From: a virus
Virus record (IMG/VR): IMGVR_UViG_3300028968_000002
Length of the DNA: 40,243 nt
Reading direction: 5' to 3' (one strand)
The position numbers and the translations under genes are program-made. The notes beneath the pieces are model-generated. The model searched no databases. It saw only the letters and a program-made list of their open reading frames with translations, and was not told where the DNA came from. Shown piece after piece: positions 1-8,795 of the stretch (positions are counted from its first letter, which is position 1; each line of letters begins with the position of its first letter).

Positions 1-99
1 GGAGACGGTTCGGGAAGAGACGAAGCAAATAAGGCGGATAGTCTTCAGACTGTATTAAGAACCTTAAAATCAGATGGATGTATGTTTTTTAATGCAATA
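1..99. repeat. Terminal overlap: bases 1..99 are identical to 40145..40243, so the contig is circularly closed or terminally redundant
   Basis: Direct base-by-base comparison of both ends gives an exact 99-nt match. The reading frame of the ORF at the window end continues into position 1. Confidence 0.97.
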
Positions 100-3000
100 T
101 ATATTAACTTAGAAGAAGGGGTAAGAGTTAGAGAGAAAATCGTATTGCAAGATTTCTACGGGACATTACTTCAAATAAATTTAGGTAAAGATGCTTTATT
201 GCAAGTAAAAGAAGGCAGTGTTATAGAGGATACTAGATGTAGAATTTATATAACTTCTTCAGAATACAACGGAACGGACACACTAGATTCTTACAATGAA
301 TCCGGTAAATTAAATACATTAGGATGTGTGGAAATTAAAGATGTAGCAGGTTTTAAACTTAGCCATAACAGCCATGCTAGATTTGATGGACTTCGTATAA
401 GAGGAAATTCGCTTGATTCTGTAGGTTTTAGATGTGCAGATAGTAATCTATTAGAGGTTACAAACTGCGATGTAAGTAATATGGATAAAATAGCTGACGG
501 ATATAATTCTTCAAAAATACTTCTAGCTAATTGTCAAGGCAATGTAAACAAACTTGCTACGCTTGCGAGTGGAAGTATTTTTAGTTCATCACCTCAAGTG
601 CCCTCTTATGCAGAGAATGAGCCATGTGAAGTATATGGTTCATCTGCTGTTATTAACTCCTTTGAAACGTTTGTTAAGAAAGATTCTAAATTCGAAGATA
701 CTTTTAGCAACGATGATAATACAAATACTTTAGCAATATTTGGAGTTAGCCAACAATATACAAACTACGAGGGCGAAGGAATAAACGCAGAAACAAGTAT
801 GCTTAATCTTGTAGGACAGGGACGCTTTAAAGAAGATTATAAATATATGCACGGGTACGCAGTATTTATAAGTGATACAGATGATTCCATGGAGGAATAT
901 CTAAAGACTTTGGGCAGTTATAATATGTACTTAAGAATGACGAGAGCTGATAATAATACTACTGCTCCAATACCAAGAGTTAGATTCCAACTTGGAAATG
1001 GAGAATATACAGCATATTATAAGTTAGATCCATTAACAAGCCCACTAACTGGAGATGGAAGTGGAGCGCAAATTATAGATTATAATGCTACAGAAGATAG
1101 AAAATTACCGAAGGACCTTACAGACAAGATTGCAACTTACGGAGTTTACAGTGTGGAATTTCTATCAGACGAATTTGAGGACTATTTAGTAGTAGATGAT
1201 ATAAAATTGGTAGTTGTAGGAACGGCTAAAGGAGAAGAAAGCGGAGACATTGGAACAGATGTAAAAGCAATAGGTAGAATATTAGCTAATGCTCTTAATG
1301 TGCGTAAAACTCCGGGGATAGACGGAGAATATGCTGGATTACTTGTAAATGGGGATACAGTAGAAATTGTAGGAGTGGATGCAGATACAGGTTGGTATAA
1401 AATAAAATTTGAAGATGGCTATGCTTATATAACAAATAAATCCGAATATGTAGAAATAATCTCAGGAGACCCTAACGGAACTACAACAATACAAAAAGTA
1501 GAAGTCTTGGCCGATAACTTAAACGTAAGAAGTGGACCAGGAACAGAAAATAGTTCTATAGGCATAGTGCAAAAAGGATTTGTTGCCGACATATTAGAAA
1601 CAGATAGTACTACAGGTTGGTACAAAATAAGCTACAACGGTGAATATGGTTGGGTGACTAATAACACAACTTATGTAAAAGTAACTACTGGAACGGCTAC
1701 AGTAAGTCCAGAACTTTACGATGGAGCAAAAGTTGCAGGATTTGCAGAATCTTACTATAATGCAAGAAATAATTATACCTCAGCTAAGAGTTGGGATAAT
1801 GGATTTACTTACGGAGATTCTACACCATGTAATACTAGTGCAAGTGGTACTATGGGAGCTACAAATAGTATATGGGAGAAATCTAGCCAGGGAAACTATT
1901 GGAAAATGATAGATGAATCCACTTTAATATTGTTATGTTTAATGGGGTATGACTATGATGCATCTCCATATGCAAGCCTTGTACAGTACAATAATTACAG
2001 AACAAATATTTTAGCAAAGAATAGTTCTTATACAGGAGCAATAGTCCCATTAATTGGTTCTAGTCTAGCTCGAACTTGTGCAGAAATAGCACAATACTTC
2101 TACAATAAGGGACAAACCTTTGAAGTAAAGAGCGATTATAGTAACTTACAAAAAGGGGACTTATTATTTTATGCTAGAAAAACAAGTAGTGGAGCATATG
2201 TCTATCCAACTAGATGGAAATATATTAGCACAGGAGCAATTTGCATAGGTCAAGATAGTAGTGGAAATGCACAAATAATTACAGCTATGAGTAATCCTGG
2301 AGAGAAACACACAGATGGCTGGTATACGGGACTAAAAAAAGACCTTGTGAAGAATCAACAACCTTCTACTATTGTATTAGCGGTTCGTCCAAGCACTAAG
2401 GTTACAAGTAGTGGTTCTTCTAGTGGAGGAATTACTGTATCGAATATGCGTCAAACAATATGTGATACAGCAATGAAAATAGTCAATATGGGTACTAATC
2501 ATACAGCATGGTATTCCCAATATTGGAGAACAACTTCTCTTAGTAGTATGGTAACCATTAAGGGAAAAGTTGAGACAGTAGGAGGAACAACATATTATCA
2601 ACCTAGCTGGGTCCAAACAGGGGTGACATACGGATTTGATTGTAGCTCTTTGGTTGGCTGTTGCTATGAAAAGGCTGGAATGAGCTATATGAAAGGATTA
2701 ACTTGTTCTATGGGAACATTGCAATCTACTGCAAAAGCACATGGGGCAACATTCTGGAGATATGCTGATTCAGGCTTTACAAGGGCAAAAGCTGGAGATA
2801 TAATCATGTTTGCAAATACTGGATATACCGTAACCACATCTAATATGGCAACAGTAAGAACTCATCATACGGCAATATATATGGGTAACGGTTATATTGC
2901 AGAGGCAAGCGGTTATAAGAAAGGAATAATTTATAGCAAATATAACTTAAATAAACAAGCATTTTTTATAAGACTTCCAGAGTTAGACAGGGCAGATAGT

Positions 3001-3603
3001 GCTAGTTCTAGCGGAGGAACAGTAGTAAAAGAGGAATACAAAAATTGTTTCAATGAAAAAGGAACAATTGATGGACACAACTATGTGTATAGATTACATG
3101 ATGCAAGATGCACTTGTTACAGTGCAAGTGAAAGTAACAGTTCGGGAAGAAGTGGCTTAGGTACGCATATGGGAAAAACAGTTGCGTCGCAAAATATTCC
3201 ATATGGTACAAAAATATATATTCCAGCACTAAAAGGTCAAACATGGACTAATGCTAATGGAACAAAAGTAACTCTAGATGGTGTATTTACGGTCACAGAT
3301 AGTGGTATAGCTTGTTTTGACTTCGATATTGTAGCAGGAAGTACAAGCAGTGCTTGTTATAGCAACTATTCAAATCCTTCAAGGATGGAAGTATATGTAT
3401 TAGAATGGGGAACAAGTACAATACAAAATTATAGCTTTTCTGATACGTACAGAATTGCCTATAACAATGGTGTACTATCTAGATACAAATCAGCATTTAA
3501 AAATTATATTAGCAACGGTGGCGTACTTATAAATTTGCTTAAATTCTATAATGATGATGCAAATATAAGAAGTAGTACATATTGGAGCATATTAAATAGC
3601 TAG
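1..3603 (+). CDS. Tail-associated lysin (Tal), C-terminal part. It continues the ORF that starts at 38246 across the circular junction, giving about 1833 aa in total
   Basis: Frame 1 is open from base 1 and is in the same frame as 38246 after subtracting 40144. There are two SH3b-like repeats (LNVRKTPG...GWYKI about 1290-1440; LNVRSGPG...GWYKI about 1510-1640). An NlpC/P60-like Cys-His module is present (GFDCSSLVGCCYEKAG...HHTAIYMGNGYIAEAS, about 2630-2910), preceded by a second P60-like segment (about 1960-2300). A C-terminal 3D/RlpA-like segment follows (CTCYSASE...GKTVASQNIPYGTKIYIP...FTVTDSG, about 3110-3310). Confidence 0.85.
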   Translation, partial: GDGSGRDEANKADSLQTVLRTLKSDGCMFFNAIYINLEEGVRVREKIVLQDFYGTLLQINLGKDALLQVKEGSVIEDTRCRIYITSSEYNGTDTLDSYNESGKLNTLGCVEIKDVAGFKLSHNSHARFDGLRIRGNSLDSVGFRCADSNLLEVTNCDVSNMDKIADGYNSSKILLANCQGNVNKLATLASGSIFSSSPQVPSYAENEPCEVYGSSAVINSFETFVKKDSKFEDTFSNDDNTNTLAIFGVSQQYTNYEGEGINAETSMLNLVGQGRFKEDYKYMHGYAVFISDTDDSMEEYLKTLGSYNMYLRMTRADNNTTAPIPRVRFQLGNGEYTAYYKLDPLTSPLTGDGSGAQIIDYNATEDRKLPKDLTDKIATYGVYSVEFLSDEFEDYLVVDDIKLVVVGTAKGEESGDIGTDVKAIGRILANALNVRKTPGIDGEYAGLLVNGDTVEIVGVDADTGWYKIKFEDGYAYITNKSEYVEIISGDPNGTTTIQKVEVLADNLNVRSGPGTENSSIGIVQKGFVADILETDSTTGWYKISYNGEYGWVTNNTTYVKVTTGTATVSPELYDGAKVAGFAESYYNARNNYTSAKSWDNGFTYGDSTPCNTSASGTMGATNSIWEKSSQGNYWKMIDESTLILLCLMGYDYDASPYASLVQYNNYRTNILAKNSSYTGAIVPLIGSSLARTCAEIAQYFYNKGQTFEVKSDYSNLQKGDLLFYARKTSSGAYVYPTRWKYISTGAICIGQDSSGNAQIITAMSNPGEKHTDGWYTGLKKDLVKNQQPSTIVLAVRPSTKVTSSGSSSGGITVSNMRQTICDTAMKIVNMGTNHTAWYSQYWRTTSLSSMVTIKGKVETVGGTTYYQPSWVQTGVTYGFDCSSLVGCCYEKAGMSYMKGLTCSMGTLQSTAKAHGATFWRYADSGFTRAKAGDIIMFANTGYTVTTSNMATVRTHHTAIYMGNGYIAEASGYKKGIIYSKYNLNKQAFFIRLPELDRADSASSSGGTVVKEEYKNCFNEKGTIDGHNYVYRLHDARCTCYSASESNSSGRSGLGTHMGKTVASQNIPYGTKIYIPALKGQTWTNANGTKVTLDGVFTVTDSGIACFDFDIVAGSTSSACYSNYSNPSRMEVYVLEWGTSTIQNYSFSDTYRIAYNNGVLSRYKSAFKNYISNGGVLINLLKFYNDDANIRSSTYWSILNS

Positions 3604-3614
3604 GAGGTGGCAAC

Positions 3615-5600
3615 ATGAGAGATTATGATATAGAGAGTGATCTAAAGCAAGAGAAATTTCAATCTCTTAAATTAGTGCAGGGAGATAGAGGAAATAAAAT
3701 TAAAATAAATGTGTATGAAGATGGGCAACCAGTTAATTTGGCTGGTTGCTCTGTTACTGCAAAATATAAAAGAGCAGATGGAGAAATAATAAACGATGGT
3801 GTAATAGAAAATATACATGATAATTCCTTCGATGCAGTTATGGATAGTTCTATAACAAAGGTAGCAGGAACGCTAAAAATGTTATTCACTATAGAAAAAG
3901 ATGCTGTTAAAGTTAGTGCATTTTTGCTGTTAGCAGATGTAAGAGAAGGTATAGGAGAAAGTAGTTCTTCAGGTGGAAGCGCAGGAGGTGGAGAAGTGAC
4001 AGTAGATCTTAGTGATTATTATAAAAAAATTGAAACTTACTCAAGAAAAGAGATTGATGCACAATTTAAAGATATTGTGAATAAAACTATTACAACTGAA
4101 GAACGAAGTAAATTATCTAGTTTAGAAAACTACGATGATACTAGTGTTAAAAATGATATACAAACACAGAAAGCCAGAATAGATACTTTCACTTCACTTA
4201 AAGAAGGAAGTACTACTGGAGATGCAGAATTAATTGACGCTAGAATAGGGGTTAACGGAACAAATTATTCTAATTTAGGGGATTCAATAAGAAGTCAATT
4301 GGACTATATAGTTGATATATCGCCAAATTTATATGAATTTAATGATAATGGATTATATACCGAGAGTGGTATAACAAATGCAAATACAAAATATTGGCAC
4401 TCCAAACCTATAGCTTGTAAAATAGGAGATGTATTTCGCATATCTAAAAGAGTAAGCTGGCAAAGTTCTTGGATAGGAGTACTAGATAAAAACGGAAATA
4501 AGATAGACACCCTATCAGATGGAAATCTTACACCTTGGTTACAAAAAGGCGATGATAGTGTAAATTATGATACTATAACTATTTCAGAATTTAATTATAA
4601 TGGAGCTATTGTAAACAAAGATAATATAGGATTTTTAATTATATCATTTTCAGCATACGACAGTGTAACCGATTCAAGTAAAAATATAATTGTTAAAAAT
4701 TGCGATTTCCCTGAACAGTTTATAGAAAAAGGTTCAACTTTACAGTCATGTGTGAAATTTAATGAGATTCATAAAAAATCAATACAAAATATAAGTGATG
4801 AGCAGATTAGAGAATTTAATAAGCCAATCAAAAAGGCTTTAGTACTTTTAAATTTTGATGCGTTTAATTTTGATGATAAAAGATTTGAAATATTGCAAGA
4901 ATATGGATTTAAAGCTACTGTTACTTTTGGGACACAAACAACTCCAGTTTATAATGAAGAAAAGGCTAATAAATATAAAAAAGTAATGAGTAATGGTTGG
5001 GATATAGGTATTTATTCAGCTACAAACTGGGTTAAAGATAAGTACGGAAATGAAGCCTTCACATCTACAAGTGATGAGGTAGAAAAGGCATGGGAAGATT
5101 ATGTTAAACTTGCCCTAGAAGATGCAGAATTAAATGGAGTTTATTATCCTCAAACATGGTTTTGTAGACAAAATGCTTACTGTGATGCACTTGGGAAATC
5201 TTTAAGAAAATATGGGTTTAAAATGTGTAGAGGTGAACATTTCGTTGATTATAAAAAAACACCTACGTATTTTAACAATGATTATAGTTTTGTAACTCGA
5301 ACTAAGGGTTTATATCCTTCAACTGTTGAAGGATGTTTATGGGAAATAGACCAATGTGTAAATGATACCAAAGGGATTTCTATATTTTCGCATGGAATTT
5401 ATGCTACAGATGAAGAAGCAGAAAGCAATTTCGGTTGTACTGAAACTAATTTAAGGACAGTTTTAGATAGAATTAAAAAATATGTAGACGAAGGAAAATT
5501 AGAAGTGTTAACGTATAATGAATTATATAATAGATATAATTTAAATGATTCAATCAATATTAATTATAATAGAATATTGAAAATGCTAACCAATAATTAG
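3615..5600 (+). CDS. Tail fibre / receptor-binding protein with a BppU-like N-terminal domain, a Gly/Ser linker and a NodB (polysaccharide deacetylase)-like C-terminal domain
   Basis: A GGAGG RBS precedes the start. The N-terminus (KLVQGDRGNKIKINVYEDGQPVNLAG) resembles the baseplate upper protein Ig-like domain. The C-terminus (LNFDAF...RQNAY...IFSHGIY...VLTYNELY) resembles the NodB fold but lacks the canonical D-D and H-x-x-x-H metal ligands. Confidence 0.7.
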   Translation: MRDYDIESDLKQEKFQSLKLVQGDRGNKIKINVYEDGQPVNLAGCSVTAKYKRADGEIINDGVIENIHDNSFDAVMDSSITKVAGTLKMLFTIEKDAVKVSAFLLLADVREGIGESSSSGGSAGGGEVTVDLSDYYKKIETYSRKEIDAQFKDIVNKTITTEERSKLSSLENYDDTSVKNDIQTQKARIDTFTSLKEGSTTGDAELIDARIGVNGTNYSNLGDSIRSQLDYIVDISPNLYEFNDNGLYTESGITNANTKYWHSKPIACKIGDVFRISKRVSWQSSWIGVLDKNGNKIDTLSDGNLTPWLQKGDDSVNYDTITISEFNYNGAIVNKDNIGFLIISFSAYDSVTDSSKNIIVKNCDFPEQFIEKGSTLQSCVKFNEIHKKSIQNISDEQIREFNKPIKKALVLLNFDAFNFDDKRFEILQEYGFKATVTFGTQTTPVYNEEKANKYKKVMSNGWDIGIYSATNWVKDKYGNEAFTSTSDEVEKAWEDYVKLALEDAELNGVYYPQTWFCRQNAYCDALGKSLRKYGFKMCRGEHFVDYKKTPTYFNNDYSFVTRTKGLYPSTVEGCLWEIDQCVNDTKGISIFSHGIYATDEEAESNFGCTETNLRTVLDRIKKYVDEGKLEVLTYNELYNRYNLNDSININYNRILKMLTNN

Positions 5601-5712
5601 TTCACAATTTAAAAATATTGCGAACTAATTTGCCAAGTAAAATAAAATACGATATTAATAGAACCATTTTTCCCATGTCGGCAAAATGGTTATCCGAAAA
5701 ATAGGGACCTAT

Positions 5713-5744
5713 AAAGAGTAGAATTGATTTTCTACTCTTTTTTT
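5713..5744 (+). terminator. Rho-independent terminator after the tail fibre gene
   Basis: An 11-bp stem (aaagagtagaa / ttctactcttt) with a 6-nt loop is followed by a T-run. Confidence 0.8.
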
Positions 5745-5760
5745 AGAAAGAAGTGATTTT

Positions 5761-6042
5761 ATGAAAGATATTGAAATAAGAGTCAAGACACCAGATGGAG
5801 TAGTTATAAGCGAAAAAGAGAAAAACGCTTACATAGAACATATCAAAAAAAATAATCCTAAAAGGAAAATTGAATGGGTTGAAATAGTTATAGATAATGA
5901 AGGCTTTGCCAATCTTACTTATTCGTTAGCTCCAGTTGATTTTGAGAGAATCAGAAGAATAACAGGATATCTAGTAGGAACAACAGCTAAATGGAATAAT
6001 GGGAAAAAAGCTGAACTAAGAGACAGAGTAAAACATCTATAA
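5761..6042 (+). CDS. Stand-alone NrdD-like glycyl-radical domain protein (93 aa)
   Basis: The C-terminus RRITGYLVGTTAKWNNGKKAELRDRVKHL parallels the NrdD C-terminal loop as I recall it from E. coli (RRVCGYLG...FNAGKQEEVKRRVKH). The protein has no cysteines, so it has no Zn ribbon. It lies between a terminator and the lysis genes, a typical moron position. Confidence 0.7.
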   Translation: MKDIEIRVKTPDGVVISEKEKNAYIEHIKKNNPKRKIEWVEIVIDNEGFANLTYSLAPVDFERIRRITGYLVGTTAKWNNGKKAELRDRVKHL

Positions 6043-6100
6043 AAATTAAAAATAAAAATCGGTGTCAAATTTTGACACCAAAAAAGAAAGGGGTTAAAAA

Positions 6101-6337
6101 ATGCAAACTGAAATAATAGTTGCGATTATAGCATTCGCTGGAACATTAATAGGTTCTTACTTTGCAAATAGTAAAACTACTGCTGTTATGCAAGAACAAA
6201 TAAAAAGTATCAAGGAAGATATAAATATTCTTAGTGACAGAGTAGATAAACACAATAATTTAGTTGAGCGCATGGCAAAAGCTGAAGAAGGCTTAAAAGA
6301 TGTACATTATAGAATAAACGAAATAGGAGGAAATTAA
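6101..6337 (+). CDS. Small membrane-anchored coiled-coil protein of the lysis cassette (holin-associated, XhlA-like role possible)
   Basis: There is an AAGGGG RBS, an N-terminal TM segment (IIVAIIAFAGTLIGSYF) and a charged coiled-coil tail. Its TAAATG junction with the holin gene suggests translational coupling. Confidence 0.6.
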   Translation: MQTEIIVAIIAFAGTLIGSYFANSKTTAVMQEQIKSIKEDINILSDRVDKHNNLVERMAKAEEGLKDVHYRINEIGGN

Positions 6338-6595
6338 ATGTTAGATTTAAATGTATTAGGTAATTATATAGTGTTGTTAGTTGTAGGTATTTGCTTATGC
6401 GTTGGGTACGTAATAAAAGTTAGTTTTACAAAAATAGATAATAAATATATACCATGCATAATGGCAATACTTGGATGTGTTTTAAATGTTTGGATAGCAG
6501 GAGGTATAAATCCAGAAATAATTTTAGGTGGTATGTTATCAGGACTTGCATCAACTGGATTACATCAAGCTTTTAAGAATTTGATAGAAAAATAG
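6338..6595 (+). CDS. Holin (small protein with 2-3 TM segments)
   Basis: The 85-aa protein has hydrophobic segments and a GLASTGLHQAFKNL tail, and sits immediately upstream of the endolysin. Confidence 0.75.
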   Translation: MLDLNVLGNYIVLLVVGICLCVGYVIKVSFTKIDNKYIPCIMAILGCVLNVWIAGGINPEIILGGMLSGLASTGLHQAFKNLIEK

Positions 6596-6694
6596 GTATA
6601 AACATAAGGTAAATATTTTGAAAAGTGCTTAGAAAGCTAACTGCAAGGTCGTTTTTTTAAGCACTTTATTATTTTAGAAAGGATTTGATATTTT

Positions 6695-7501
6695 ATGAAT
6701 AAGCCAGTGATAGTAGAAAAATGGCAAAAAAGAAATAAATATGGCAGACCTGGAACAAAATTAAATTATACGAAAGTAGCTATACATTATACAGGAAAGG
6801 CGGATGTAAAAGGCATAAACACAGTATCTTATTTCAACAATGTTGTGGCGAATGGATACAAAGTTAATGGAAAATATATCTATGCATCCGCTCACTTCGT
6901 TATTGATCTAGATGGAACTATATACCAACTAATTCCGTTAAATGAAATCTGTTATGCGACTAATAGTGCTAATAGCTACGCTGTAGGAGTAGAAGTAGCT
7001 ACAACAGGAAGCGACAACCATTATACAGACGCTACATATAAAAGTATGGTCCACTTATGTGCATGGTTATGTTACAATAAAGGACTTAATCCGAAAACAG
7101 ATATTATTAGACATACAGATGTTGTAGGGAGAGCCTACAAATTATGCCCTATATATATGGTAAATAACCCAGATAAATATGAACAATTCAGATTAGACTG
7201 TTATAACGTAAAAGCAGGTAAAGTCAGCTTAGATAAAGTTGTAAATTGTACTAATGGAAAAGGTATTACAGTAATTCCTGATGCGACACAAAATAAAACA
7301 CAACTTGTAAGAATATTACAAGACGTAAATATACGTAGTGCAGCTGATTTTACTGATGCAAGTGTAATCGGCGTAGTTAAAAAAGGAGGAGTATATACTG
7401 TTGTTGAAAAAATAGAAAGAACAGGAACAGATATGTATAAATTGAAATCAGGTGTTTATATAACCGCATCTAAAAAGTATGTACAATTAATAGAAAAATA
7501 G
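6695..7501 (+). CDS. Endolysin: N-acetylmuramoyl-L-alanine amidase (Amidase_2/PGRP type) with a C-terminal SH3-like wall-binding domain
   Basis: Motifs IHYTG, HFVIDLDGTIYQLIP, YAVGVEV and RHTDV...LCP are present. The C-terminal VNIRSAADF...GVYTVVEKI...MYKLKSGVYI is SH3-like. Confidence 0.9.
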   Translation: MNKPVIVEKWQKRNKYGRPGTKLNYTKVAIHYTGKADVKGINTVSYFNNVVANGYKVNGKYIYASAHFVIDLDGTIYQLIPLNEICYATNSANSYAVGVEVATTGSDNHYTDATYKSMVHLCAWLCYNKGLNPKTDIIRHTDVVGRAYKLCPIYMVNNPDKYEQFRLDCYNVKAGKVSLDKVVNCTNGKGITVIPDATQNKTQLVRILQDVNIRSAADFTDASVIGVVKKGGVYTVVEKIERTGTDMYKLKSGVYITASKKYVQLIEK

Positions 7502-7553
7502 GTATAAAAGTATAATAATAGGCCTATACTCCGATTAAAAGGAGGTGTCGGCC

Positions 7554-7637
7554 ATGAATAAAATTATCTTAGAAGTGGCAGGGCGTATAGCATACTTTGG
7601 TATTGGTGTATTATGTGCTATGTTATTTATAGTGTAA
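7554..7637 (+). CDS. 27-aa hydrophobic peptide (MNKIILEVAGRIAYFGIGVLCAMLFIV)
   Basis: A strong AGGAGGTG RBS lies 8 nt upstream, a TATAAT hexamer lies at 7511-7516, and a terminator follows directly. It is too short for any homology judgement. Confidence 0.4.
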   Translation: MNKIILEVAGRIAYFGIGVLCAMLFIV

Positions 7638-7640
7638 AAT

Positions 7641-7680
7641 AAGGCTAGGGAAGTTATTTTCCTTAGCCTTTATTTTTTTT
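7641..7680. terminator. Hairpin terminator, copy 1 of a duplicated 28-bp element (7644..7671)
   Basis: The hairpin aaggctagggaa-gttatt-ttccttagcctt is followed by a T-run on the + strand. It is also positioned to terminate the convergent minus-strand gene 7696..7986. Confidence 0.8.
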
Positions 7681-7695
7681 ATATTATTATTTACT

Positions 7696-7986
7696 TTAAT
7701 GTTTATATTCTTTATATTCATCTTTATTTAGAATATACTCGCTATTGCAATGATTACATTTTATTATAGCCCCACCTGTAGTTATAGCACGTACAGAAAA
7801 TACGATTGCTATTATTAGGAAAATCGGCGCACATACCCAACCGAAAATCGGAATCCATACAGATACACTTAATCCTAATATACTTAATATAGCATATGAT
7901 ACAGAAATCATTGCACGACTTGTTAATGTTGCTTCTTTGCCACATTTAGGGCATATAACTTTATTTTGGTTTTTTACTTCTTTCAT
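7696..7986 (-). CDS. Zn-ribbon membrane protein (CPKCG...CNHC flanking two TM helices)
   Basis: A GAGGAGG RBS is present. The 96-aa protein carries CxxC pairs at both ends and two long hydrophobic segments. It is the last gene of the minus-strand accessory cassette. Confidence 0.7.
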   Translation of the reverse strand: MKEVKNQNKVICPKCGKEATLTSRAMISVSYAILSILGLSVSVWIPIFGWVCAPIFLIIAIVFSVRAITTGGAIIKCNHCNSEYILNKDEYKEYKH

Positions 7987-8009
7987 TTTAATCCTCCTCT
8001 TTATTTTAA

Positions 8010-8795
8010 TTATAAAACTATTTTAAGCAATTCTGAAAATTTATCTTGATAATACATTGGTTGTGTTTCCTTTGGGCACTTTGGATTAACTAGATTTTCG
8101 CCCCATTCTGTATCAACTAACATTTTAAACTTCTTATTTCCTCCATTAGAAGTTTTTCTTGCACATTCCTTTAAAATACCTTTTTCAATAAGTAATTTAT
8201 TGAAGGCTATTGCACTCATATTTATATAATTCTTTTTTAATAAATCTGATATTGGTAATATTCTGCCTTTAGATTTTGTGTATTGTGGTAATAGGTTAGT
8301 TGGGATATTATGATTTTCATATACATTAGTAGCAAGTGCTAATTTGCTGCTATCATTTAAGTTTAATAATTTTGCAGTTACTTCAACTAAACTTAATTCT
8401 GCTTTTGCTATGTCTATTTCTTTTATATAATCGTCTTTATTTATGCCTTTAGTTGAATACTCCCCTGTTTTTCTTATAGAAGGTAGTACTGTATCTGTAA
8501 CCCAATCTTGAAATCTTTCTGCTTCTGGTTTTCTTGATTTAAATATAAGTTTATATACTCCAGCTTCTTTTAAGAAATTTTCGCCAGTATTATGTAATTT
8601 TCTAAAGTCAATATCTTTGACATTAGAAGCAGTTAATTTTATAACTTGATTTTCATTCATTTTAGATATTGCCATTCTTACTGCACTATCAGTCAAATCT
8701 AAACATTTTCCTACATGATAAGGATTAAATAAAATTTCACCATTAAAATCAAACACTTCTACTTTGTTTCCTTCAAAATCCATTAATTCATTCAT
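8010..8795 (-). CDS. BRO-N domain protein, antirepressor-like
   Basis: The Bro-N signature FNGEILFNPYHVGKCLDL...GVYKLIFKSRKPEAERFQDWVTDTVLPSIRKTGEY is present. The C-terminal half is KilAC/ORF6C-like. An AGGAGG RBS precedes the start. Confidence 0.85.
   Translation of the reverse strand: MNELMDFEGNKVEVFDFNGEILFNPYHVGKCLDLTDSAVRMAISKMNENQVIKLTASNVKDIDFRKLHNTGENFLKEAGVYKLIFKSRKPEAERFQDWVTDTVLPSIRKTGEYSTKGINKDDYIKEIDIAKAELSLVEVTAKLLNLNDSSKLALATNVYENHNIPTNLLPQYTKSKGRILPISDLLKKNYINMSAIAFNKLLIEKGILKECARKTSNGGNKKFKMLVDTEWGENLVNPKCPKETQPMYYQDKFSELLKIVL

Noticed and set aside
1425-3244. Nested or antisense track ORFs inside the Tal gene (1425..1625 -, 1721..1909 +, 2377..2616 -, 3050..3244 -), and similar ones in other large genes (3659..3889 -, 4304..4510 -, 18155..18469 -, 32463..33076 -)
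   Set aside because: They all overlap longer ORFs that have recognisable domains. None has a ribosome binding site.
6055-6085. The hairpin ggtgtcaa-att-ttgacacc after the NrdD-like gene as a rho-independent terminator
   Set aside because: On the + strand the stem is followed by an A-run rather than a U-run; the T-rich tract lies on the other side. There is no minus-strand gene to terminate here. I treat it as an unexplained stem-loop, possibly an mRNA stabiliser.
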